This document shows positions 43,750-52,300 of a stretch of 58,610 bases of DNA, piece by piece (the first letter of the stretch is position 1; each line of letters opens with the position of its first letter). Under the pieces are notes generated by a model. It was not told where the DNA came from. It made no database searches and saw nothing but the letters and a program-made list of their open reading frames with translations. The position numbers were made by a program, and so were the translations under genes. The stretch comes from a virus. Taxonomy: Duplodnaviria; Caudoviricetes. Location: the IMG/VR virus record IMGVR_UViG_3300037041_000775, positions 1 through 58,610 of that record, one strand, 5' to 3'.

Positions 43750-44712
43750 CTACAACGACAGAGTTGCGGTGACGACGATGCGGCGTGTCATCGCGACGGT
43801 GCCGTCGGCGGCGACCTCCACGCGCTCGACGCCTTCGGCGCGCATCGCGTCGAGCAGCAGGCGCAGCGCGGTGACGGTGTCGGGCAGGCTGGACGTGTCG
43901 GGCGGCGCGGGCGGCGCGGCCGGGACGGGGGCGACTTCGGGCGTGGGCGGCGGGACGACGACGAGCGCCGGGGCGGGCGGGACGACGCGCACGGGCAGCG
44001 CGATGGCAGGCGCGGCGGGGACCGGGATCTTCGCGGCGGGCGGCGGGGGCGGCGTGTGCGCCTTCGGCGGGCGCGTCGGCCCTACGTCGTCGGTCACGGC
44101 CGGGATGCCCAGCGCGTTGCAGACGGCCTCGTAGCGGTCGCGGTTGCCGATGCGCGCGGGGCCGGAGCCCTGCGCGGCGACGATGCCCAGCGTGCGGCGG
44201 ACGACGGCGAGCACCGGCCACAGCTTCGTCGCGGGGACGACGTGCAGCACGTCAGCGGCGACCGTCGCCGTCATCCACGGGTCGGCGGCGAGCAGCCGGA
44301 GCGCGGCGGCGTAGACTTCGCGGGACGCCTCGGACAGCGTCTCAAAGCCCGCGTCGTGATGCACGACGCTTGCGGCCGGGGGGATCGGGGACAGCTTCAT
44401 GGCAGGTTCCTTCGGGGTCGGGATCGGGGGGAAGCCCTGCTTCGTCAGCAGGGGCGTGAGCGCGGACTTGCGGTGCGACCCGCAGACGAGCGGAACGCCA
44501 GCTTCGCGGGCGCGTTCCATCGCAGGCTTCGACAGCTTGTGCGAACAGTTGTCCGTTGCGACGATGACCGCGCCGCAACCGGCGGGAATGGACGCTTGAA
44601 GCTGCGACACCGTCGGCCACCACCATTCGACGCGCATCCCATGCGCGGCGAGCGTGCTTTCGATCTGTTCGCGCCAGCGCGCGTTGCTGCCGACGAGCAG
44701 GACGGGGATCAC
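43750..44712 (-). CDS. Protein with DUF2325-like N-terminal domain and Pro-rich linker
   Basis: VLLVG...AVIVATDNCSHKL...AREAGVPLV pattern. Confidence 0.65.
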   Translation of the reverse strand: MIPVLLVGSNARWREQIESTLAAHGMRVEWWWPTVSQLQASIPAGCGAVIVATDNCSHKLSKPAMERAREAGVPLVCGSHRKSALTPLLTKQGFPPIPTPKEPAMKLSPIPPAASVVHHDAGFETLSEASREVYAAALRLLAADPWMTATVAADVLHVVPATKLWPVLAVVRRTLGIVAAQGSGPARIGNRDRYEAVCNALGIPAVTDDVGPTRPPKAHTPPPPPAAKIPVPAAPAIALPVRVVPPAPALVVVPPPTPEVAPVPAAPPAPPDTSSLPDTVTALRLLLDAMRAEGVERVEVAADGTVAMTRRIVVTATLSL

Positions 44713-45164
44713 GCCTCACCCCCAGCGTCAGCGGCGTCGCACTCGTCGCACTCCACGCCCCACGGGAGCGCGATGTCGTCCGCGATGATGCCTTCGACCG
44801 TCTCGCGCATCCGTTCCGCGAGCGCGTCCATGCACGCGAGCATGTAGCGGCGGGCCTCGCTGCGCGGCGTGCCGACGGGCATGTGCGCGGCCCACAGCGC
44901 CGTCTGCGATTCGAGCAGATCGTAGGCGGCGACCATGCCGCCGTCGTCGTGCATCACGTCCGCGTAGGTGGCGGCGTCCTCGGAGTAGTCCGCGAGCGGC
45001 GGCATCGACCACCCGTCGCGACCGTCCAGCGCGGCGGCGTGCTCGGAGCCCCCGACGGGGACGGCGACGTTGCGCGGGAGCCCGTTGAACACCTGCACGA
45101 CGGCGATGTAGTCGCCGCGCTCGATCAGCTTCGCGACCTTGCGGCTCGGCAGGCGGCGGATCAT
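44709..45164 (-). CDS. Hypothetical protein (151 aa)
   Basis: ATGA/GTGA coupling; C-terminal CxxC. Confidence 0.6.
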   Translation of the reverse strand: MIRRLPSRKVAKLIERGDYIAVVQVFNGLPRNVAVPVGGSEHAAALDGRDGWSMPPLADYSEDAATYADVMHDDGGMVAAYDLLESQTALWAAHMPVGTPRSEARRYMLACMDALAERMRETVEGIIADDIALPWGVECDECDAADAGGEA

Positions 45165-45352
45165 GCGATCCCCACGGCGCGCGGGCGGCGCGCGTCGGCG
45201 GCTTCGATTGCGTCCGCGAGCACGCGGAGCCCATCGGCCAGCGTGCGGCGGGTGATGACGTGCCCCGCGTAGCCGGGGATCGCGGCGAACACGGTCACGC
45301 CGTGGTCGTTGTAGGTGACGGTCACTGCCCCTTCGGGCCATGCGCGCTTCAT
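45161..45352 (-). CDS. Small HicB-like fold protein (63 aa)
   Basis: AGGAGG RBS; VFAAIPGYAGHVITRRTLADGLRVLADAI resembles the HicB N-terminal domain. Confidence 0.55.
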   Translation of the reverse strand: MKRAWPEGAVTVTYNDHGVTVFAAIPGYAGHVITRRTLADGLRVLADAIEAADARRPRAVGIA

Positions 45353-45379
45353 CAGTGCCCCCTCCTGCGGGGCACATTC

Positions 45380-45407
45380 ATCATAGCGCGGCGTTGTCAC
45401 CCGTCAA
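45380..45407 (-). promoter_or_regulatory. Sigma70-like promoter with operator motif
   Basis: TTGACG-N16-TATGAT containing TTGACG-GG-TGACAA. Confidence 0.75.
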
Positions 45408-45473
45408 GCAGCGTCAACACTTTCACGCGCCACGTCGCGCGTTAGAGAGGGCGGGACAGGTCGGCAAAACTAA

Positions 45474-45510
45474 GACGGGCGGGGCTTTCGCCCCGCCCGT
45501 CACCCTTTTC
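45474..45510. terminator. Probably bidirectional intrinsic terminator
   Basis: GACGGGCGGGG-CTTTCG-CCCCGCCCGTC with T-rich tracts on both strands. Confidence 0.7.
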
Positions 45511-45559
45511 CCTTCCGAACGACAACACAGCCCGTCGGCCGAACCCCGACGAGATCAGT

Positions 45560-45811
45560 CTACCGCACGCGGCGCATGTAGGCCAGCGTGAGCGCCAGCG
45601 ATGCGTCGTGGCGCTTCGCGTGAACGGTCAGGTCTTCGTCAGGGGTCATGGCGACCCACTCTCCCGTCGATAGCTTGCCGGTCACGCCGATGACGGCCCC
45701 CTCCTTCGTGCGCCACTTTTTGATCGTGCCGTCCACGATGTCGGGCATCGGGGCGTCGGGCGCGTCGTCGGGGGGTCCAAGCTGCGGGGGAAGTTTCAGT
45801 GCTGCGGCCAT
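45560..45811 (-). CDS. Hypothetical protein (83 aa)
   Basis: AGGAGG RBS; upstream TTGCTG-N17-TAGGTT with a weak operator copy at 45846-45859. Confidence 0.65.
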   Translation of the reverse strand: MAAALKLPPQLGPPDDAPDAPMPDIVDGTIKKWRTKEGAVIGVTGKLSTGEWVAMTPDEDLTVHAKRHDASLALTLAYMRRVR

Positions 45812-45866
45812 CGTTGCCTCCTATGGCGGGGGCAACCTATGCACCGTGACAGGTGGCAGCAAGGGC

Positions 45867-46400
45867 CTATGACGCTTCGCGGCGGTGCGCGACGCAGCGA
45901 CACCCGCGCCCGTTGAGCAGATGCCCGTGCGCGGCGCGGTGCATCGTCGCCTCGGGCGCACCCGCCGCGAGCAGCGCCGGAAGGTCGGCGTGGTCGTCGT
46001 AGACGTGAATGTCGCGCTCGCCGTCGTCCAGCATCGCGCGTACCAACCGGACCTTCACTTCGGGGATCCGCTCGCCCGCGCGCCGGAAGTGCGGCACCGG
46101 GATCGCACCTTCGAGCCGCGCGACGGCGGCACCGATCTCGGGGTCGTCCCGGTAGGCTTCGACCCACGCCTCCACGGCTTCGGGCACGCGCCCGCTGAAC
46201 AGGACGTGCCGCCCCGGCGTGCGGAGCAGCGTCGCCCACATCGTCGGGAAGGGCCGCGTCTCCAGCGCGGCGAGCGTCGATAGCTTCGGATCCTGCCACC
46301 AATCGCGGTAGGCGATCTCGGGGTGCGCCTTCGACAGTCGCTCGATCACGTCGTCCGACGCCGCCAGCGTGTCGTCAAAGTCCCACAGGTTCAGTCTCAT
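45867..46400 (-). CDS. HAD-superfamily phosphatase-like protein
   Basis: WDFDDTL (DxD), FSGR, K and YDD motifs. Confidence 0.75.
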   Translation of the reverse strand: MRLNLWDFDDTLAASDDVIERLSKAHPEIAYRDWWQDPKLSTLAALETRPFPTMWATLLRTPGRHVLFSGRVPEAVEAWVEAYRDDPEIGAAVARLEGAIPVPHFRRAGERIPEVKVRLVRAMLDDGERDIHVYDDHADLPALLAAGAPEATMHRAAHGHLLNGRGCRCVAHRREAS

Positions 46401-46708
46401 GGCTCAGTCCTCATTTCCCACGCGGCCTTCGACCACACCCAGCCGCTCCACGCCGCGATGGCGATCCCCGCCGCTTGCGTTGCGTACCCCAGCGCCTTCT
46501 CGTCCTTCTTCCGCAGACGGTGGCCCGCGTAGACGATGAGCGGCGCGCAGAGGAGGAACGCGGCGAGCCGGAGCGGCTGCACCTGCTGCTTCTCGACCTC
46601 GTAGGACACGCACAGATAGGGCTTGCCGCCCACGCGGGTCTTCGTGACCGCTCCCGCGTCGGGGAGCCGCTGACCGGTGATGCCGGGGTAGCCGTAGGGG
46701 TACTGCAT
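46397..46708 (-). CDS. Small two-TM membrane protein (103 aa)
   Basis: Two hydrophobic segments; ATGA coupling to the HAD gene. Confidence 0.6.
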   Translation of the reverse strand: MQYPYGYPGITGQRLPDAGAVTKTRVGGKPYLCVSYEVEKQQVQPLRLAAFLLCAPLIVYAGHRLRKKDEKALGYATQAAGIAIAAWSGWVWSKAAWEMRTEP

Positions 46709-46811
46709 GGCGACGGTCTATCGTGAGGGTGGCCCTCGAAGCCGCTGCGCGTGGCCCTCGGCGTCGGGCATAGGTGAAGCGTTGCCCCGTCCCCGCGACT
46801 ACCACGAGGGC

Positions 46812-47450
46812 ATGGCGGACTGCACGACATCGCTGGATGCCGCAGTACCGTGCTCAGTTGAGCCGGGGGCCGTGATCCATTTCACGTTCGATGCTCCTGT
46901 TCGGCCCGACGTTCGGCCCCCGGCTCTTTCCTCCCCGGAGATACACCGCATGGAACCCACCGCGCCCGAAGCCCCAGAGGCTCCCGCTGTCGTGGCCGAA
47001 GCGCCCGCCGCGCCCGAAGCCCCTGCCGCGCCCGAAGCCCCCGTGACGGCGACCACTGCCCCCGCCGACGCCGTGACCGGCAGCGATCTCGCTGCGCTGG
47101 TGCAGTCCACGGGCGGTAACAGCGGGCTCACCGTCGTCCTCGCCGTGCTCGCCGTGGTCGGTGGCGCAGCGGGCTGGAAGTTTTGGACGCAGTACAGCGA
47201 GCAGAAGCACGAGCAGGCGATGACGCGCATGAAGCTGGACCGCGAGACGGCGGGCCTCGGCGGCGCGCAGCCCCCGCCGTGCGCCGTGAAGCAGGCCGAA
47301 GTGGACGCGAAGCTGGCCGACCTGTCGGCGCGGCTCGACGCCGTCGCGAAGAAGACCGGCACGTTGGACGCCGACTTTGACGGCGCGGACGTGGAGCGTC
47401 GTGTGAAGAAGCTGGAGAAGGCCGTGAAGGCGCTGAGCGAGGGCAACTGA
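46812..47450 (+). CDS. Lysis-cassette membrane protein (TM plus coiled coil)
   Basis: APEAP repeats, TM LTVVLAVLAVVGGAAGW, C-terminal coiled coil; start uncertain. Confidence 0.65.
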   Translation: MADCTTSLDAAVPCSVEPGAVIHFTFDAPVRPDVRPPALSSPEIHRMEPTAPEAPEAPAVVAEAPAAPEAPAAPEAPVTATTAPADAVTGSDLAALVQSTGGNSGLTVVLAVLAVVGGAAGWKFWTQYSEQKHEQAMTRMKLDRETAGLGGAQPPPCAVKQAEVDAKLADLSARLDAVAKKTGTLDADFDGADVERRVKKLEKAVKALSEGN

Positions 47451-47926
47451 TGGACCCCGTCGAAAATACCCCCGTCGAAGAGGTCGCCCCTGTCGCGACG
47501 GATGCTGTGAACGAAGATGCCGGTGCGCCCGTCGCGGAGCCCGTCGCGGAGCCTGCCGCCGTCGAAGCGGCCCCCACCGTGTCCGCCGCTCCCGCCGTCA
47601 CGCCGCCGCACCTGTCGCTCTACGATTCGACCGGCACCACGCTGCTTGCTGTCGCGCTGGGCATCGGCATCGTCGCGGGGATCCAGCTTGTCGTACAGCG
47701 GATCTTTTCGCGCGAGCGCAACGAGCACCGCGCGCTCACGCAGTTCGTCACCGCGATGGTGGCGGCGATGGTGGGCGTCTACGTCTCCGATATGCTGATC
47801 GCCGGTCCCAACGTAGAGTTGCTCGCGGAGAGCGAACGTACCGCTATCCTCGGCTTCGTGAAGGACACGGCACTGATGATCTTCGCGTTCTACTTCGGCA
47901 CGAAGAGTGCCGGGAAGGAGGAGTAA
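47450..47926 (+). CDS. Putative holin (3 TM)
   Basis: Three hydrophobic helices ending FAFYFGTKS; directly upstream of the endolysin. Confidence 0.65.
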   Translation: MDPVENTPVEEVAPVATDAVNEDAGAPVAEPVAEPAAVEAAPTVSAAPAVTPPHLSLYDSTGTTLLAVALGIGIVAGIQLVVQRIFSRERNEHRALTQFVTAMVAAMVGVYVSDMLIAGPNVELLAESERTAILGFVKDTALMIFAFYFGTKSAGKEE

Positions 47927-48726
47927 TGGCCGTTGTTCCTCTCGTTTCTGTGGACCCGTCCATCGCGTCGTCCTATGACCGCGCCGGGAAGACGGGCGGA
48001 CCCCGCGCCAACCTCACGGCGCTCGCGCGGCTCGGGAAGGCTGGCATCTGCACCGCCGACACCGCTGCTGCGCTGCTCGCCCTGTCGAACGCCGTGGCGG
48101 CGCGCGGCGGCGACTTCCGCGTGACCGAGTTGCACCGCGACGTGGCGGTCCAGAAGGCCGCTCGCGCGAAGTACGACCGCTGGGTTGCCGCTGGGAAGCC
48201 GAAGCCGGGGACGGCGGGCTTCGACGCCGCGACCATGAAGGCGGCGTTCGTCGCCGCCCCCGGCCGCTCGGGGCACAACGCGGGCCGCAGCATCGACGTT
48301 CACCTCGGTGCGCTCGCGTTCCCCGGCGTCCCGGCGGACAAGCAGCTTGACGTACTGTGGGAATGTGCCCGTCCGCTCGGCTGGGAACCGATCATCAAGT
48401 CCGCCGACGAATCGGCCTCCGAAGCATGGCACTTCGACTTCGTCGGGGATCTCGCCGGGGTGAAGGCCCGCTTGGGGTACGAACAGTGGGCGCTCTGCGG
48501 TGCGATCCTCGTGGGCCACGGCGATCTGAGCAGCCACGCGGCGCAGCTTCAAGCCCTGCTGGTGCGCGCGGGCCACGACATCGGCAAGATCGACGGGGCG
48601 GCGGGCGCGAAGACGTTCGCGGCGCTCGCGACGGCGCTCGGCGTGACCGTGGACGCGGCGAAGGCCGTCGTGGCGAACGGCGACGCCAGCGTCTACGCGC
48701 GTCTCTACGCGCTCCCGGCGAAGTGA
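47926..48726 (+). CDS. Endolysin: M15-family Zn peptidase plus peptidoglycan-binding domain
   Basis: APGRSGHNAGRSIDV, EAWHF, and LQALL...IDGAAGAKT. Confidence 0.85.
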   Translation: MAVVPLVSVDPSIASSYDRAGKTGGPRANLTALARLGKAGICTADTAAALLALSNAVAARGGDFRVTELHRDVAVQKAARAKYDRWVAAGKPKPGTAGFDAATMKAAFVAAPGRSGHNAGRSIDVHLGALAFPGVPADKQLDVLWECARPLGWEPIIKSADESASEAWHFDFVGDLAGVKARLGYEQWALCGAILVGHGDLSSHAAQLQALLVRAGHDIGKIDGAAGAKTFAALATALGVTVDAAKAVVANGDASVYARLYALPAK

Positions 48727-49094
48727 TGCTCGGGGCGTTGCTGCTTGCGGCCTCGCCCACGCTGGTGGACTGCGGCATCGTCCCCGGCGACCGCTGGTGG
48801 ATCGTCAGGGGTGGATTGCTGGTGAGCGACGACGGCACGCGCGCCGTGGACGCGGCGACGTGCGTCATCCCCGTCGGCGTCACGTTGGGTCTGCGCGTCG
48901 AGGAGCGTCCCGGCCCCAGCGTCGTGCTGCGCGTCGTCCCGCCGTGCGGCGATGCGACGTGGCAGGAGGCGCAGACGGTGCGGGCGCTGGACTACCTCGC
49001 GGAGCGCGGCGTCGCGCGGGACGCCGTCGAGATCCGCATCGAAGCGTGCGGCCCCGTCCCCGACATCAGCGCGGAGGTCGTGCGCCCGCCATGA
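48726..49094 (+). CDS. Exported protein with an OmpA-C-like segment (122 aa)
   Basis: TGATG coupling; signal-like MLGALLLAASP; RALDYLAERGVARDAVEI. Confidence 0.5.
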   Translation: MLGALLLAASPTLVDCGIVPGDRWWIVRGGLLVSDDGTRAVDAATCVIPVGVTLGLRVEERPGPSVVLRVVPPCGDATWQEAQTVRALDYLAERGVARDAVEIRIEACGPVPDISAEVVRPP

Positions 49095-49308
49095 GGTCGG
49101 CTATCTCTTCACCTTCGGGACAGCCGACGTAGAACGTCGTGCGGAACACCGTCCCGCCGGAGAGGATCGCAGCGTGGTGCGCGACGCACTTGGCGCACGC
49201 GGCGACGTGAGCGTCGAGCCGTGCCCGCAGCGGCAGCGACTGCTGCCACGGGAAGAGCACTGCCCCGTCATCCCGGTGGGCGCTCGGAATGTAGAGCAGC
49301 GTCGGCAT
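49066..49308 (-). CDS. Small Cys/His-containing hypothetical protein
   Basis: HVAACAKC motif; coupled to the upstream gene. Confidence 0.5.
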   Translation of the reverse strand: MPTLLYIPSAHRDDGAVLFPWQQSLPLRARLDAHVAACAKCVAHHAAILSGGTVFRTTFYVGCPEGEEIADLMAGARPPR

Positions 49309-49691
49309 CACTGCGCGGCCCGCCGGATCAGCGCGCGGATCGCGGCGACGCGGTCGCCCTTGTAGCGGTCGCGGGGTGCTTCATCGATCAGCCCCAGCGC
49401 GGCATCGATCTCGGCCAGTTCGCGGCACAGGTCGGTGATCTCCGACTGCTGCGCGGCGACGTGCGCGTCGTTCCAGCCGCTGAACGGCGGGTACGGGCGG
49501 CGATGCCCGATGCGCGCGATGCGCCCCAGCGGGTTCGCGTCGGGGAGCGTGTCGAAGGGCACGCCCTCTTCGTCGCGCCAGCGGCCGTCGTTGCCGCGTA
49601 GGAAGTCGGTGCGGCCCACGACGACGACGCTCCCGGCGGGGAGCGTGTCGGCGGCGGGCGACGACAGGGTGACGGTGTCGCCTACTTGCAC
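49308..49691 (-). CDS. Hypothetical protein with LPxGSVV module (127 aa)
   Basis: DTLPAGSVVVV...GRW; part of the - strand small-gene cluster. Confidence 0.55.
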   Translation of the reverse strand: MQVGDTVTLSSPAADTLPAGSVVVVGRTDFLRGNDGRWRDEEGVPFDTLPDANPLGRIARIGHRRPYPPFSGWNDAHVAAQQSEITDLCRELAEIDAALGLIDEAPRDRYKGDRVAAIRALIRRAAQ

Positions 49692-49957
49692 GGCGTCTCG
49701 TCGGTCGGCACGTCAGCCGGTGCGGGGATCGCGGTGATCGCGTCGAGGTCCGCAAGGAACGCATCCAGCGGCATCGCCACGACGACGCCCATGCCCCGGT
49801 CGGTCGGGATCCCCACGAGCACTTGCGCGTCGATTTTGCCGATCAGCCCCGCTGCGGCCTTCGCGGCAGCGATGTTTTCGCGGATCAGCGCGACGGTGCC
49901 CCGCACGCGCTCGGCGGGGGTGAGGGTCGCGGGGTCGATAGGGAAGGAAGGGATCAC
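49682..49957 (-). CDS. Hypothetical protein (91 aa)
   Basis: GAGG RBS; GTGA coupling. Confidence 0.55.
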   Translation of the reverse strand: MIPSFPIDPATLTPAERVRGTVALIRENIAAAKAAAGLIGKIDAQVLVGIPTDRGMGVVVAMPLDAFLADLDAITAIPAPADVPTDETPCK

Positions 49958-50172
49958 GGGTTCCTCGGGCGGGTCCAGTTGAGCAGCCACACGGCGAGCC
50001 GCAGTCGCCACGACGGCGGATCGGTGAGCGCGATGGGGGCGGGGCGGCGTGCGCCGCGTTCGCGGACGCGGTCATAGTCGTGGTCCGTCAGGCACCACTG
50101 TTCCATGACGCCGTTGCGGACGACGCGCACGAAGGCGTAACCGTCCGCGTCGTACTCCACGCGCCCGATCAT
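49954..50172 (-). CDS. Hypothetical protein (72 aa)
   Basis: GGAGG RBS; ATGA coupling. Confidence 0.55.
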   Translation of the reverse strand: MIGRVEYDADGYAFVRVVRNGVMEQWCLTDHDYDRVRERGARRPAPIALTDPPSWRLRLAVWLLNWTRPRNP

Positions 50173-50522
50173 GCCTTCCTCCGCGCCGGATGGGGGGTCA
50201 GTTGCGGCTTCCCGGCGTCGTCCCGGCACAGCGAGCCCACCGGGGCGCGGCAGGATGGACACGGCGCAAGGTGGGGATCGTCGTCGGCGTCGTCGGGCCG
50301 GAGCAGCACCCGCGACACTTCCAGCGTCGCCGTCACGTCGTCATAGCCGCACCCGTTGCAGTGGTGGTGAATGTGCTCGACGCAGGCCCCTTCGGCGTTG
50401 AGCGGCGGGCACGCGCGACGGCGCGTGACACTCGGGTCGCGCACGTTGTCGCACCACTGCATCACGCGGCGCGCGTCGCCGCACTTCGGGCACGCTCCAC
50501 GCTGGAAGGGGGGAAGGCTCAT
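50169..50522 (-). CDS. Zinc-finger protein (117 aa)
   Basis: CPKC, CNGC, CPSC...C...HPAR motifs. Confidence 0.65.
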   Translation of the reverse strand: MSLPPFQRGACPKCGDARRVMQWCDNVRDPSVTRRRACPPLNAEGACVEHIHHHCNGCGYDDVTATLEVSRVLLRPDDADDDPHLAPCPSCRAPVGSLCRDDAGKPQLTPHPARRKA

Positions 50523-50584
50523 GGGCTCACGTTCCTCGCTGTCGTCATAGCCAGTACGCTGCCATTCGGCAACGCGACGGCCCC

Positions 50585-50621
50585 AAAACGAAGAGGGCCG
50601 GGGTCACTACGACCCCGGCCC
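50585..50621 (-). terminator. Intrinsic terminator
   Basis: GGGCCGGGGTC / GACCCCGGCCC stem followed by TCTTCGTTTT on the - strand. Confidence 0.7.
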
Positions 50622-50647
50622 CGGCGAGCCAGCCGCCCGACCCTCGC

Positions 50648-50875
50648 CTACCTGCGAAGGTAGGTGAACGTCGTGCCCGTCTCCTGCGCCGTCTCGAACA
50701 CGTCATCGAGGTCGCCCGCGCGAATGACGCGGCCGTTCGCGCCGCGCCACACGGGGGAGCCGGTGTCGTTGACGGCGGGCTGGAAGAGGATCCCGCCGAT
50801 GCAGAAGACCGCGCGAGCGTCGAAGAGGGCGTTGAAGTTGGCGGGGGTGACGGGGGCGAACATCGAAGCGAGCAT
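50648..50875 (-). CDS. Hypothetical monocistronic protein (75 aa)
   Basis: GAGG RBS; flanked by the promoter at 50912-50939 and the terminator. Confidence 0.65.
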   Translation of the reverse strand: MLASMFAPVTPANFNALFDARAVFCIGGILFQPAVNDTGSPVWRGANGRVIRAGDLDDVFETAQETGTTFTYLRR

Positions 50876-50911
50876 CGGAACCTCGGTGGGTTGGTGCCTT
50901 GTGGCCCATTC

Positions 50912-50939
50912 ATCATAGCCTGTTGTTGTCAGGTGACAA
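50912..50939 (-). promoter_or_regulatory. Sigma70-like promoter with palindromic operator
   Basis: TTGTCA-N16-TATGAT containing TTGTCA-CC-TGACAA. Confidence 0.75.
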
Positions 50940-51046
50940 GGCCCGACGCAAAGAAAAACGCGCACGTCGGTAGCACTCGCGCAACGCCCCGTTGCGGCTC
51001 GAAGGCTCTCCGCTGGCTACGCTCCCCGGCGAGAGGGCGTACTGTC

Positions 51047-51484
51047 ATGGGCTTCAAGGTCACGATCCGCAAGAACGGCGCGAAGCACGGCGAAGTCCAC
51101 TACTCGTCGGAAGCCGTCGCCGTCGGCATGGCGCAGAAGATGACCGGCGGCGGCGTGAAGGCGACCGTCGAGAAGACCGGCACGAAGTCGAACCCCCGGC
51201 GTCGGCGCAATCCCGGCTGGACGGAAGCCGAACTCGTCGCGTTCCTGAAAGACCGCCCCGATGGCGTAACGGTCAAGGAACTGGTCTACGGCTTCGGCGG
51301 CACCGCGCAAGCGCACACGAAGCGGCTGGCTGCGCTGGTGACGAAGGGCGTCCTCACGCATGAACCGTGGGCCACGGGCGGCGGGCACTACCTCCTCGCG
51401 CTTCGGGCGAACCGTCGTCGCAACGGCACGACGAGCGCGAACGCGGCGGCGTCGCGGTCCATGACCCGCCAGTTCCGTCGCTAA
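51047..51484 (+). CDS. Tag domain plus winged-HTH-like domain, flanked by NP/NR motifs (145 aa)
   Basis: IRKNGAKHGEV domain, SNPRRRRNP, GVTVKELV...RLAALVTKGVL, ANRRRNG. Confidence 0.7.
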   Translation: MGFKVTIRKNGAKHGEVHYSSEAVAVGMAQKMTGGGVKATVEKTGTKSNPRRRRNPGWTEAELVAFLKDRPDGVTVKELVYGFGGTAQAHTKRLAALVTKGVLTHEPWATGGGHYLLALRANRRRNGTTSANAAASRSMTRQFRR

Positions 51485-51493
51485 GGAGACGCC

Positions 51494-52291
51494 GTGGCCT
51501 ACCGCATCGTGATCCGCAAGAACGGGAAGCACCACGGCGAGGTCGGGCCGTACACGTCGAAGTCGGACGCCGACAACGACGCGCGGTTCATCAAGATCAA
51601 GCTGGCCGAGCCCGCCGATGTCGTCGTCCAGCGCGTCGAGATCGGCGGCGTGCGCTACACGCCGAAGCCGCCGAGCCCCGGCAGCGCCCCGCCGTCCCCG
51701 TCGAAGTCCAGCGCCTACAAGTCGTCGTCTTCGTCGGGGGGCTACGCCCCGAAGCCGCCGAAGTTTGACCTTTTCGGTGGTGGCGATGAGCCGTTCTTCC
51801 CCGGCGCGAAGACCTACGAAAGCAAGCCCTACGTCCCCCGCAACGCGGCGGGCGGCGTCGTCATCAACGACGACGGCATGATCCTCGTGCGCGAGCCCCT
51901 GAACCACTTCGACGGCTACGTCTGGTCGCTCCCGAAGGGCGGCGTGGACGCGGGCGAGAGTGACGAGCAGGGCGCGCTCCGCGAAGTCGAAGAAGAGACG
52001 GGCGTGCGCGCCGAGATCGTGGAGCGCATCCCCGGCGAATGGAAGGGCGGCACGTCGGTCAACCGCTACTTCCTCATGCGGCCCGTCGAGGTCACGGGGC
52101 AGTACGACGAAGAGACGGCGCAGATCGCCTTCGTCACCTACGACGAAGCGAAGGAGTTGCTGGGCCTGAGCACGAACAAGCGGGGCCGCGAGCGTGACCT
52201 CGAAGTGCTCGACGCGGGGTACGCCATGTGGATCCAGCGCCGCGAAGCCGCGAAGAAGTCGAAGAAGAACCCCCGTCACGTCTTCGCGTAA
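51494..52291 (+). CDS. Nudix hydrolase with N-terminal tag domain and KKNP tail
   Basis: LPKGGVDAGESDEQGALREVEEETG Nudix box; AAGGAG RBS. Confidence 0.88.
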   Translation: MAYRIVIRKNGKHHGEVGPYTSKSDADNDARFIKIKLAEPADVVVQRVEIGGVRYTPKPPSPGSAPPSPSKSSAYKSSSSSGGYAPKPPKFDLFGGGDEPFFPGAKTYESKPYVPRNAAGGVVINDDGMILVREPLNHFDGYVWSLPKGGVDAGESDEQGALREVEEETGVRAEIVERIPGEWKGGTSVNRYFLMRPVEVTGQYDEETAQIAFVTYDEAKELLGLSTNKRGRERDLEVLDAGYAMWIQRREAAKKSKKNPRHVFA

Positions 52292-52300
52292 GGGGTCACC

